In this document: positions 1 to 11,876 of the stretch, one piece after another
How the letters are laid out: each line of letters begins with the position of its first letter
Position numbering within the stretch: the stretch's first letter is position 1
NCBI GenBank assembly: GCA_010015585.1
Contig: ML975159.1
DNA: 64,000 nt
From: Eremomyces bilateralis CBS 781.70
Taxonomy: Eukaryota
Reading direction: 5' to 3' (one strand)
Translations under genes and position numbers: made by a program
Notes under the pieces: generated by a model
The model's input: only the letters and a program-made list of their open reading frames with translations
What the model was told of the DNA's origin: nothing
Database searches by the model: none

Positions 1-118
1 TCCTCAGGCTATCTATCAGAGGAGTAGTTTAAGTAACGTGACTGTCCAAAAAAGGCTAGACTCCTCTGAGAGATAGCCTGAGCTAGCTGAGGTAAATTCC
101 ACATTAAACTCTCTCTAT

Positions 119-128
119 ATCACGTGAC
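119..128. promoter_or_regulatory. RTCACGTGAY E-box (Cbf1/bHLH-type site) upstream of eIF3i
   Basis: atcacgtgac about 150 bp upstream of the ATG. The same core occurs at 10777 and at 59371 and 59398. Confidence 0.4.
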
Positions 129-276
129 CCCCTCGGGTTATGACTCAAAATATGAACAAATTGAACAAACACTGCCACACTCAGGCTGTAAGGCACCCCG
201 CCAACATCGCAGACGTTGTAGAATTTCACGTTCGCGACACTTATCGAGAATACCTCACACACAACTACAAACGACA

Positions 277-1513
277 ATGAGGCCGATATTATTGTCAGGC
301 CATGTAAGTCATATCCGAATTCAGGGCTCCAGAGTGATCGTTTGCTGATATTTGCGCAGGAGCGGGCCTTGACGCAAGTCAAGTATGTCCGAAACCATTC
401 CACCAGGACGACGGAGAGTACTGACCATCACATCCCAGATACACGAGAGATGGCGATATCATCTTCTCAGTCTCGAAAGATCACATCGTTTGCGCTTGGT
501 ATTCCGCCAACGGAGAGCGATTAGGGACATACCATGGACACCAGGGTGCGCTATGGACCGTCGACATCGACCCCACGACAACGTTGCTCGCCAGTGGCGG
601 CGCCGACAACACTATTCGGCTGTGGGATGTCAAAACCGGGAAACTTCTGAAAACCTGGGACTTCGGATCGAGTATCAAGCGAGTTGAGTTTTCTCCGGAT
701 GGCACTCAACTATTAGGAGTTACCGAAAAGCGAGTCGGCCATGTCAGCTCCATCGTCGTTTACGATATCAAGCAAGATGTGGAGGCGGAGCAGAGCAGCG
801 AGCACGCTTTGAGGATAGTGGTCGACGAAAGCAAGGCGACTGTGGCTGGCTTCAGCTACGGAGCGAAGTATATCATTGCAGGTCACGAAGATGGGTCTGT
901 TTCGCAATTCGACGCAAAGGTAACATCTAGAAACATCGTCACTCCATGGACAGCCGCTAATCTTAACAGACTGGCGAACTTCTAGACACTTTCCAAGCAC
1001 ATGAGCCGGACTTTTCCGTGACAGATTTGCAGTGGTCGCCGGACCGGACATACTTCATCACTGCTTCAAAAGACAAGACAGCAAAGGTACGATCCCTCTG
1101 AGAAGTAGTTTCTCTCCGACAAAATACCTTTCCTTTCACTAACCCCAGCGCAGCTTATCTCGGCAAGCGATCTTGCTCTCCTCAAGACCTACGTCACGGA
1201 CACTCCATTAAACAGCGCCGCTCTTACGCCAGTCAAGGACTTCGTCATCCTTGGCGGTGGTCAAGCCGCAATGGATGTCACCACCACCTCGGCCCGACAA
1301 GGCAAGTTCGAAGCCCGAATTTTCCACAAAATCTTCGAGGAGGAGATCGGGCGCGTGCGAGGCCATTTCGGGCCCCTCAACTACGTTGCGGTCAGCCCCG
1401 ATGGGAAGAGCTACTGCAGTGGCGGAGAGGATGGATATGTGCGCGTCCATCATTTCGATCGACCGTATTTCGACTTCCTGTTCGAGGTGGAGCGGGAGAG
1501 GGCGAATATCTGA
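277..1513 (+). CDS. TIF34: Translation initiation factor eIF3 subunit I (WD40), multi-exon
   Basis: Spliced N-terminus [31 protein letters not shown]...[19 protein letters not shown]-terminus [27 protein letters not shown]...[14 protein letters not shown] is typical of eIF3i. GT-AG introns. Confidence 0.96.
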
Positions 1514-1629
1514 GGGACGAGGTTGCCGTGACGGGACGACGCATGTCAATACGATGGAGTTAACTGGCTGAATTGAGGCATGGCTTCGGAAAATTTCAAA
1601 TTTCTTCGGACTCCAGTCTCGTGCTTTTC

Positions 1630-2900
1630 TCATGCGGGCTCTGTGACATCTCGAGGTGACGGATGTACCAGCTGGAACTCCATATTGTCTGGAGGAGCGA
1701 ACTCTCCGGCCCTTCCCCATTTCTTCGCCCCCTTCATAGCCTTCTTGGCTTCCTTTCTCGCCTTCTTCGCCTCCTTCTTCTCCATCTTCAATGCCTTTTT
1801 CTCCTTCCTAGTTAGTCTTGTAAATTCAGACTCGGGACCTCTCAAAACCATTCCCGGATGTACCACGTTCGTGAGCAGAAGCGCAAGCACCATCGGAAGA
1901 GCATCGAGACATAGCACAAACCCTTCGTGTGAAAGTAGCGGGTTGTCGTCTGATACGCCAGAACTGAATTCAACGATGCGAAATACGATGCGAACCTACA
2001 TTTCCTTGATTTAGAGTCGTAGCTGACATGGACGGGGAAGTATACTCACGGTGATCAGGACTAGCACCACATACATCGCCCATGTCAGAGCGCGCCATTT
2101 GATGTTAGGGCTGACCAGGCCCATCTCTTCGAGCCGCACTGTCTGTCGATGGAACTGAATCGTGACCGCAAAAAACCCTAGAATAAACAGTTCTTGGATG
2201 CCTATCCCGACCCGGTAGACGATCAGACCAATACGGGTCGTTTGGGTGCCTCCCGTGTCATCCGTGTCTGAGAGCATCGAGCCACCCACCCCTTGGATGA
2301 GGAATGAGAAGATGTCAAGCCAGATGAAGTACTTCGATATGGAGCTCGCTTTGACGAAAGAAATCCGCTTCTCGGGCACGAGGAAGTGAATTAGCCTCGC
2401 ACCCGTCATGTATACGAAAGCATTGATCCCTGCCAGCGGTCAGTCCCCTTGTTGTTTCTGTGAGATAGCTGCGGGCTTACACAGTGGAGCCAGGAGGAAG
2501 AATAGATTCCCTCCTATTAGATAACCCAGATTCTGCTGATTCCACGCACCAAGTGCCCGCAAGATGAATGCAGCCACCTCCCAAAGCGACCCCATGATCA
2601 CCACCCAGCAAAACCTCTATAACCGCGTCAGAACCACGTCCCTCTCAGAAGACCCAACCAAATGCCTACCTTTTTGAAGATACATGCTTCGACAATATGA
2701 GCCAGAGACGTCAACCCAAAGAGCGCCGCGAACGCGATATTTGCACCGAAACTAGGATCATAGAAGTAGTTGGAATTGCAGGCATCTGGTGGAACTTCGC
2801 CATATCTGCCTGGGACTGCTGTTGTGCATGATGGAGCAAGTGAGGAGATGGTCGCAGATGATATGAATGAGGTAGTAGGACTTGGGATTGAAGAGCTCAT
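1630..2900 (-). CDS. RTA1-family 7-TM protein (lipid-translocating exporter-like), multi-exon
   Basis: Motifs YDPSFGANIAFAALFGL, APLWINAFVYMT, FIWLDIFSFLIQGVGG, GIGIQELFI, RIVEFS, HEGFVLCLDALPM...VVHPG. Confidence 0.9.
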
Positions 2901-3550
2901 GGTTCAAATCGAAATAGTATATCCTGCCTTCGCTCCGGAAGCTGTCGTGCGGTAATTGATCGTTCATGGCGTCCAACTTGGGGTTCCGACCACTTCGGTT
3001 TATACAAGTGCATTGGTGTTTCCATTTCGTATACGAGTTGATTCTGAGGAATTGAGGGCTCAAAACGACGATAGTTGCGAGATACGCAAGCTGGGCGCAG
3101 TTGCACTGGCATCATGGTCTATTCTGAGAGGCTCAAGTTCGCGATCTCGCAACAGTGACTCGATTAGGCAACCCTGGGTCCCACCTATATAATTCCGGGC
3201 GCATTGTTTGCAGCTTGAACATTGGCTCGGAATGACTCCGAACAGGATGACGCTGTCCAGAAGGTAGAATCCGAGATGTCAAACATCAAAGTTCTTTGCA
3301 ACCGACTGTAAAACGAATGTGATCACATTCAATTGGCCACCCACCACTACTATTATGACGTGGTCCACCTTCAAAGCTTGGATTCAGGGGTTAGGAACTC
3401 GGACGTTCGATCATCGAGGATGTTTCATAGATGGCGCGGAATTTTCTTACCCTTATTTGGCTCTAGACATAAGAATTCTGACACCGAGCTACCTTCCTCC
3501 AATAATTACTGGTGGTTATTATTATTCATCGTCTTTTTGGAACTCTCACA

Positions 3551-5030
3551 ATGAAGCTTGCCCCCTTAATTATTGATCCGCATCTGACACGTCCTGACAC
3601 CCTCGTCCTGAAAACCCTATTGGCAGACATAGATCACGGCAACGTGCAGCTGCAAGCCAAGTTATCAGACAGGGAAATATCACATCCTGAAAAGCATGGA
3701 ACCATCGCACAAAGTAAGTAGCCGTCTCTCGTGCTACCTACCGTACCCGACTATCTGCATTGATCAATTGACATCTTTAGGCAATGGCAATGGCACGCTC
3801 TCCAAATCCACCTCCAATGGTGATCAGGCGACGATTGACGCTCTGGAAGCGTGGAACAATCCCGAGCACAAAAGTTTCGAGCCTTCAGTATTCGCCACTT
3901 GGGACCTCCCAGACGTGAAGGTTCCGGCAACTTTGGATCGCATCGTGCTGCAGCCATACATCAAGTGGGCTCGTACTATCGTTCGAAAAGAGACCGATGT
4001 TCTGATGTTGACGCAGCTAATCCTATACTTTACGACATCTGTTCCGAGCGCGCTCTATCTGTATTACCATTTTTCCTATTTACACGCTTTCTTCCACATT
4101 CTGATGCAACTATGGTATACCGGAACGTATACACTCATGATGCATCAACACATCCATATGGGCGGAATTCTGGCCAAAAAATATGCATGGATCGATGCAT
4201 GCTTCCCCTACATTACCGACCCTCTGATGGGCCACACCTGGAACTCGTACTTTTTTCATCACGTCAAGCATCACCATATCGAAAGCAACGGGCCGGACGA
4301 TCTCTCCTCGACACTTTTATACCAGCGCGATGAAATCTCCAGCTTTCTCCACTACGTCGGCCGCTTCTTCTTCTTTGTGTGGCTGGATCTTCCTCTTTAT
4401 TTTCTGCGGAAGAACAAGCCGGTGGCCGCGCTGAAGACTGCGGCCTCGGAGCTAGGAACATACGCGGCGATCTGCTTGTTGGCCATCTATGGCAATTCGC
4501 AGGCAACGGTCTTTGTTTACGTGTTACCCCTCCTGACGCTTAGGCTGGGACTGATGGTTGGAAATTGGGGTCAACACGCGTTTGTAGACGAGGTTGACCC
4601 CGACTCGGATTTTCGATCGAGCATCACGCTGATCGATGTTTCAGTACGTTTCCCAATCCATCGTTCGGTAAGATCCTTGCATTAATCAAACCCTTTCCTA
4701 CAGAGTAACCGCTACTGTTACAACGATGGATACCATACATCCCACCATCTGAACCCCCGAAGACACTGGCGAGAACACCCAGTCGCCTTTATCAAACAGA
4801 AAGATCGATATGCGCAGGAAGACGCGCTGGTCTTCCGCAATATCGACTACATTATGATCACCATCAAACTCCTGCAGAAAGACTACATGTACCTTGCCGA
4901 ACGCATGGTTCCGCTCGGCCACCAAATGGACATGACGGTGGAACAGCGAGCCACGCTGCTTAAAACAAAGGCGAGACGCTTCACCCGAGCGGAGATAGAG
5001 CAGAAGTTCCCCAAGAAACAAAACCTTTAA
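3551..5030 (+). CDS. Membrane fatty-acid desaturase-like protein, 3 exons (introns ~3714-3780 and ~4645-4703)
   Basis: Histidine boxes HQHIH, HHVKHHH and YHTSHHLNP, the GNWGQHAF motif and hydrophobic segments. Stop TAA at 5028-5030. Confidence 0.85.
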
Positions 5031-5039
5031 CGGCCATAA

Positions 5040-5240
5040 TGCTTCCAAAAATGGCGCTAACAGTTGGAGGTTCCGGTCTGAAGGTTGAAAACTGATAGTT
5101 AGGAGTCCAAAATCGGATTCGTGCAAGGTCTCAGCACAGCGGCAGTTAGTTTTTGAGGAACCGCTGGTAACGAAACACGGCGTTTCGACTAAGCGGAAAC
5201 CTCCTGAAAACGGCGTCAAAAACTGCCATTTTTGGAGGCA
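5040..5240. repeat. Inverted-repeat-bounded ~200 bp foldback element (MITE-like or structured 3'UTR)
   Basis: tgcttccaaaaatggc (5040-5055) matches the reverse complement of gccatttttggaggca (5225-5240) at 15/16 positions. Further nested inverted repeats lie inside. Confidence 0.55.
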
Positions 5241-5714
5241 GTTTCAGTAGCATACATAATTCTCAATCTCAATAGATAGAAAGTCAGGGGACGGGGATCC
5301 CTGGCTCGCTCATATTCATCGGAATAGAAGTCTTAGATCACGAGGAGCGATGGCTAGTTTCTCTAGCGACTAAACGTTTGTCTCTACTCTAGCATAGCTT
5401 CTCTTGGAGGTATTGCGTTTTTTATACAGGTATGCTCCATTTGGTCTTGCGGGATATTCTATTCTCTCTCGGTTGGACGAGATCCATTCAACTCCTGATA
5501 GCATTAGGCCGGTTGAATTGATCACACATCCGTGGTCTTCGTTTCTTACGCCTTATCCCCCCCCAGTATCCCATACGCACGTAGACACCGTCCTAATCAT
5601 GTGTCTTACTCTCCGAGATCAAGACCAATCCTTCTCTTGGAACATTGTCATATCTCCTCTTGATCAGCAGCGTTGGCCACTGCGTCGTGTTTCAAAAACC
5701 CTACCTCCTCCGTC

Positions 5715-7228
5715 TCACTCCTTAAGCGTATCCGCGCCACCATCGAAATCATGGAGGTCATACTCCTCCGGATATTTCTCCAAGATCTCCCTCATCGCCT
5801 TCATCTGCCCCATCTGTTCTTCCGACATGTCCTCATACACATCCTCCCAGATGCCTCTCAATCCCGGCCGCTTCTCCTTCTCGGCCTTAGTAAATGCCTT
5901 CAGCACGTCTTTTCGCAGGGAACTCCGGGCGGCTTGCTCCTTCTCTTCATCCCACGCGCCGCGATTCTCGAGGTATTTCCTCAGTCGCGTGATGGGGTTG
6001 TCTCTCCGCTTCCAGTCCTCTACCTCGACCTTCGCACGGTATGCGAAGCTGTCGTCGCTCGTGCTGTGGTGGCTGACTCGGTAACTCATCGCTTCTATAA
6101 GGACGGGTTTGCCTCCGTTCTCGAGCGCCATCTTTCGTGCTCGCTTCGTCACGGCTCTCACTGCGAAGATGTCATTGCCATCGCAACGGATCGTTTCAAT
6201 CCCATATCCGATACCACGGCTCGCAATTCCGTCACCGCGATATTGCTCTAGGGTAGGTGTACTGATAGCGAATCCGTTGTTCCTGCAAATGAACACCACC
6301 GGACAGGAGCGCGTGGCAGCGATATTCAACGCAGCATGAAAGTCGCCCTCGCTTGCAGCACCTTCACCGAAGTAACATGCCACAATCCGTTTCTCGATTT
6401 CCGGATTCTGTAGACTTTGCATCTTCAACGCATACGCAGCGCCGGACGCTTGCGGGATCTGGGTAGCTAGAGGGGATGAGATGGTATGGATGTTCAGGTC
6501 CCGGCTTCCGTAGTGGACGGGCATATTGCGGCCGAGGCCCATGTCTTTGCGGTTTGCGAACAGCTGGTTCATGAAGTTGTCGAGTGTGAAGCCGCGGTAC
6601 TGGAACACCCCCGTCTCGCGGTATTGTGCGAAGATGACATCGGACGGGAGGAGTGCCGAAGCAGAGCCCACGGCAATACCCTCTTCGCCGGCAGAAACCT
6701 ATTTGGAGTCAGTCATAGTGTATAATCAAGCCGGATAAGTCCAATTCACCATGTAGAAACTGACGCGTCCCTGTCTCTGAGCATCGAACATGATCAAGTC
6801 CATAATATTAACTGCACCCGGTCAACGCTGGTCACATAGGTTACGCAGACTTCGCACCCGTAACCATATCTTTATAGAGCCTGATAGCCTCCTCATCCGT
6901 CAGATCCGGTACCCTGCTCTTATCAACAATCTCCCCATTCTGATCCATAACCCGATATGTCGGCATGGCACCCTTTGCGGACGGCTTTTCGAATTCCATG
7001 GTCGATGTGAATTTACTATTTACGGCGCCCGGGAAATGAACACTATCGAGACTCAGTCAATGCATACAATTCGGCTCACGGAGTAACGTACTAGTCGGAT
7101 CCTGGACGCTGTGAAACCGAATTCCACCGTCGCCAACATTTTGAGGTTGGGAGGACGCGGCCGTTGTGGTCTCCTTCTGCGCATATCCCCCGCAGCGCCC
7201 GTCGCACTGATATCCTATAGAGAGACAT
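5715..7228 (-). CDS. 2-oxoisovalerate dehydrogenase (BCKDH) E1 alpha subunit, mitochondrial, multi-exon
   Basis: Arg-rich presequence MSLYRISVRRALRG, then VHFPGAVNSKFT. TPP-binding motif YFGEGAASEGDFHAALN...CRNNGFAIST and phosphorylation loop YRVSHHSTSDDS. Confidence 0.95.
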
Positions 7229-7575
7229 TGTAATATATACAAGACGTAAGTGTCATGTCCAGCATGAACGAGTTTGAGGATTTGGAAAGGATAAGTACGA
7301 TAGTCAATCTGCATTCCTATAGAGTTTGTTCGGGGTTGTCGAGGCTCGGCTTCTGTCGGCTTAAATTACCATTACTCACTCCGCCTCTCTTCATTGTTCG
7401 CTCCAGTCACCTGTACATTTCTACAAAGAAAAAAGTTGGAAGTCCGATACGTATCTCATTATTAGTGTTCGGAATTTACATGTAGACCGGCCTAGACTGC
7501 CTGCCATTGATGGTAACAGATGTTGGAACACCGCTTAGGAACTATCATCTACCGCAATCTAGAAATCGAATCCCT

Positions 7576-8696
7576 TCACCGAACCACTCTTCCTAAACCA
7601 AATCCTCTCACCCCGTTACTAACCCATACCTCATCGCCGACCTTCACACTGTCCTGCGTAACATGCTTTTCTTCACAAAGCCCCTTCATCAATGCCCACC
7701 GCCTGGTCGTTCCCCTCTGCCCACCCTTTCCAACCGGCTCCCCCGCATTGCCCACATCGGGGGTCACCCACCGTCCGTCTCTCCAGAAGTAAGGGGTCGT
7801 AGTCGAGCCTTCGATGATGATCCCCTGCGCGTCGTATAGCAAGACTTCATGGTTTACAATGGCGCTAGGGGCGCCATCGATCTGCTTGCTCGGATCTGGG
7901 AGTGACCGTGACCGGGCCTCATTATAGAATGTGCGGTGTGTAGTTTTGAGAGTGGTGAACGGAGACGTTGGAATTGGTGCAGAGTCTAGATGAAGGTCCC
8001 ATGTGGGAGAAGGAATCCCGGAGCTCGTGGTCGTGGTGGGATTCGGAAGCGAGTCATCACTCCCTAATGTCAAGGCGCCGCCAGTCCGAGGGGATGGGGT
8101 AAAGGGGATAGTGGGCCGCGTCATGTCTTTGGATTGGGCGGTGAGGTTGAGAGTGGTTGGGTAGAGCATCCAGCGAGGAACTGGGGGAACGGGAGATATC
8201 TCGACCTTCATGGAGCCCAATTTCGAAAACAGAATACGAATCTAATAGACCGTCAGAAGAAGTTCGAAATACAAAAAGTTGATTACACGAAAGGACAACC
8301 GAGCACATAAACCAATTGAGTAGGAAGGCGTCGACATAGGCGTGCCCACGTTGGATTGGAATATACAGGCGAAGATCCAGAGCCATCAGACCATAAAAGA
8401 AGAAACCTACCCACCTTCAAAGCTCCATCTGTCGCATTCTCATTTCTCTGCCATCTCTTCACCTCTTTGAGCAGCGTCTCCTCCAACCGCTCCCCATCAG
8501 CAAGCAACCCCACAGCCGCTCCAAACTCAAAATGCAACACCGCCTCAAACATCCGATCGCGGTGTAATCGGATCATATAAAACGGGGTTGGCGTCCCAAA
8601 GCTCACGTCCTTATGTCCATTCTCTTCGCAGGTGAGCAGCGCTGGATCATATCTTAGCGAGGTGAAGACCTCGAAGGTATCGGGTTCCAAGGCCAT
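7576..8696 (-). CDS. ABZ2: Aminotransferase class IV / aminodeoxychorismate lyase-like protein, 2 exons
   Basis: FTSLRYDP, YMIRLHRDRM, LKTTHRTFYNEAR, EVLLYD..IIEGSTTTPYFWRDGRWVTP, GQRGTTRRWAL, WVSNGVRGF. Intron ~8242-8415. Confidence 0.8.
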
Positions 8697-9548
8697 TCTG
8701 GTGCAATATGGAGTTTAAGGTCTGATACCGGGGAATCGAAGGCGTATACGTATATAGTATGCCTTATAAATATGTAGATATATGGGAATGACTCCCAAGA
8801 TTCAGAATGTGTCAAGCGGATACTCACATCATCAGAAATATAGATCGAGGACCGAGCATCAATCGGGTAACACCGACAAGGAACTCTAGACAATAATATT
8901 CCTACCTGAAGGCTGAAGCTAATGAATAACCGTTTGGGTGGGGTCTGACCGACGACTGAATGCGCAGGAACATCGGACGGTGATCAGTCTGGAGAGGACC
9001 CCCCACACCCCATCTCCGCTGTGGTGTCGATTATCCATTGATGTCTCGCAAATAAGATTTGCAGGATAGGCCAGGAATTTTGGCCCCCTGAGTTCAGCTA
9101 ATGTTCAAACCGTGTCTGGTTGGTGAAAATAATTCCAAGTATGCAGACGAAGATGCAGACTTCACATCACGAAGTACATATTACATCAGCTTACCGGTAC
9201 TACTCAGGCTGTGGCATTGTGGCTTGACTCCGATCCAGGAGCACCTTGCGTACGATATGGGCATAACTGACTACTGACGAGTTAATGGTCCAGAGTGAGA
9301 TCTACATTGCTAGTGTGCTAGGTATTAACTGAACACAAACCCACGTCACAGGGCATTCCCCCATTGATTGATGGACAGTCAAATCAATGGATATCTTTCC
9401 CTCATTAGTGTCGAGAGGTTGTTCCTAGCAATTCAGTCTCCCTGCCTTCTAAGTTCAGCTTGCTGTCCATGCTTTTTGAGTTGATACAGATGCGGTAGCG
9501 GTTGACTCCGTTGATAAACTCCGATTTTCTTCAGGATGTTAACACCAT

Positions 9549-10531
9549 CTACCACTGGCTCGCCTGTTGAGGAGCAGCGGGGGTGTCCTCCCAGTTTCCA
9601 GCCTCGGCAGCGGGCGCCGCGGCGGCCCAGTCGCCAGTCGGAACCGCGTCCCAGTCTCCACCGGTAGCCGGCACAACAGCCGCCGCGCTGGCATCCCAGT
9701 CGGCGGCGAATCCACCGGCCACGGGAACCGCGCCAACCTCATCGACGCCCGGGACCTTGGCCTCTTCGACGCCGGCGCTGTCCTTGTTCTCCTCCGCCTC
9801 AGGATCGCGGTAGAAGTACAGATCGGTCATGACGTCCCACTCGGTGTCGCGGGAAGCGATGGTGCCGCGGAGGCGGAGGACCTCGCGGGCAAGCATCCAC
9901 CAAATCAGACCGATGGAGTGACGACCCTTGTTGTTGGTGGGGATGGCCACGTCGACGTGCTCGGTCGGGGAGTCCATGTCGCACAGCGCGATGACGGGGA
10001 TGTTGACGTACGACGCCTCCTTGATGGCCTGGGCGTCGGTGCGGGGGTCGGTGACGATGATGAGGCGCGGTTCCTTGAAGGAGCGGGTGATGTAATTGGT
10101 GAAGTTACCGGGGGTGAAGCGACCGGCGATGGCGGTGGATCCGGTATGGGCGGCGAACTTCAGGACCGCACGTTGACCGTAGGGACGAGCGGAGATGGCG
10201 CAGATGTCAGCTGGGTTGTCGACAGCGACGATGATGCGGGCAGCGAGGACAATCTTCTCCCTTTAGGTATGTTAGCGATTGCGCGAGATTCAGTGCAAGC
10301 AGTTGCGCTTCCGACACTTATTGGCATCGTGAAAGCCCGAACAATGGCAAATTAAACGTACCAGGTCTTCGACAGGTTCAACACGTTGATTCCGTCAGGT
10401 CGAGTCTTCCACAGGTACGGCTCCATATGAACCTGCATGTTCTTGGTGCCGATGTGGGCTTGAGCTGCAAGCAGCATCTCGATATCTTGGTTCGTCGCAT
10501 TGAAGATCGACGGAAGGTTAGAGGGCGCCAT
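9549..10531 (-). CDS. RPS0: 40S ribosomal protein S0 (uS2), 2 exons
   Basis: [77 protein letters not shown], and an acidic Trp-repeat tail. Confidence 0.98.
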
Positions 10532-10704
10532 GATGATTGGCTTGAGGTGCCCGAAGAGCAACAACTGGATATGAGATTAATGAGGAGGTTGAAGCTTGAT
10601 ATGAAGGAGTGCGAAATCAAGATGTCGTGAGAGGGAGAAGTCACTGATGTGTGTGGGATTTGATATTTGAAATGTGGAGCTTCGCTTGAGGAAATCTTGG
10701 CGGA

Positions 10705-10784
10705 TGCCTGAGTGCCTTAAATGCCTAAATTGCCTGAAATTTCCTGAGGCATGTCTTTTGAGATTCAACGTCGTGGCACGTGAC
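10705..10784. promoter_or_regulatory. Bidirectional promoter of RPS0 and mitochondrial uS15: clustered TGCCT motifs plus a CACGTGAC E-box
   Basis: tgcctgag-tgccttaaa-tgcctaaat-tgcctgaaa-tttcctgaggca followed by cacgtgac (10777-10784), within a ~335 bp divergent spacer. Confidence 0.45.
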
Positions 10785-10865
10785 TCTCATTCCACTCGAA
10801 AGTTTCAACGACTATGAAGACAAAGCAGCACCTGTCACGATAATTGCAAAGGCACTACCGCCGCC

Positions 10866-11876
10866 ATGCCACCTCGAATATGCATGAGGTCACTGCTTGA
10901 CGGGCTCAATGGTGAGAATCCCAATGCCATACGATTGATTCCCTGGATCCCCAACTAACCATCCTCAGCCTCCCTCACCACCACCTCCCGTCTCCCCATC
11001 CGCACATTCTCCTCCACCTCACCCATCTCCGCCGCCGCACGCAAGAAGCGAAAACATGCCACCCTCGACCGATATGCCGCCGCCCAACTCGAGCGCAACC
11101 GCCTCGCGAACCGCACCCGCCAAGCCGAGCTCCGCGCGGAAGACGCCCTCGCCGCCGGCGACCCCGTCCACGGCCGCCCAACCCCCTTCGTCGAGTCCTT
11201 TGACGCCGCCATTGACCTCCCCGACCTCTCTCCCGATGCCGACAGCCCCCCCGCGCCCCCCGCCGCCCGCCTGAAGCACTTCTTCGACCCCGACGAGATC
11301 GAGCAAACCCTCTCCAAAGCCCAACACCTCGCCCACCCCATCAACACCGCGCCCGCCCACCCCGGCGACACTTCCCCCTTCGCCGAGCTCCTTGAGAACC
11401 ACACCCTCCAGCACCAAACCGCCACCGAGGCCATCGCGCGCATCACCTCCCTCACCCAAGCCAACAACGAAGACCTCCTCCGCGTCAACATCCAGCGCTG
11501 CATCGACGTCTTCGGCCGACACTCCACCGACTCCACCCTCCCACGCAAAGCGCTCGCCGCCTCTCCCGGCCCCAATCTCTCCCCCGCCGCGGGCCGACGG
11601 GACCCCGCGCCCGTCCCCCGCGCGGGTCCGGACACGGGGAGCAGCGAGGTGCAGATCGCGATCTTGACGGCGAAGATCCGGGCGGTGGCCAACGCGCTGG
11701 AGACGCGGGGGACGACGGATAAGGTGACGAAGCGGGATTTGCGGCTGCTGGTGCATCGGAGGCAGAAGTTGTTGCAGTACTTGCGGCGGAAGGAGAGGGG
11801 GGGGCCGCGGTGGGTGAATGTCATTGAGAAGTTGGGGTTGACGGAGGCGACGTGGAAGGGAGAGATTAGCTTGTAG
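10866..11876 (+). CDS. MRPS28: Mitochondrial small-subunit ribosomal protein uS15m, 2 exons
   Basis: MPPRI start with an intron at ~10912-10968. S15 domain GPDTGSSEVQIAILTAKI...KRDLRLLVHRRQKLLQYLRRKERGGPRW. Confidence 0.92.

Noticed and set aside
9361..9390. 9-bp hairpin (ccattgatt/aatcaatgg) downstream of RPS0
   Set aside because: An isolated short stem is expected by chance in 64 kb, and bacterial-type terminators are not relevant here.
10262..10361. Possible intronic snoRNA in the RPS0 intron
   Set aside because: No convincing C box (RTGATGA) with D box and terminal stem, and no H/ACA layout.
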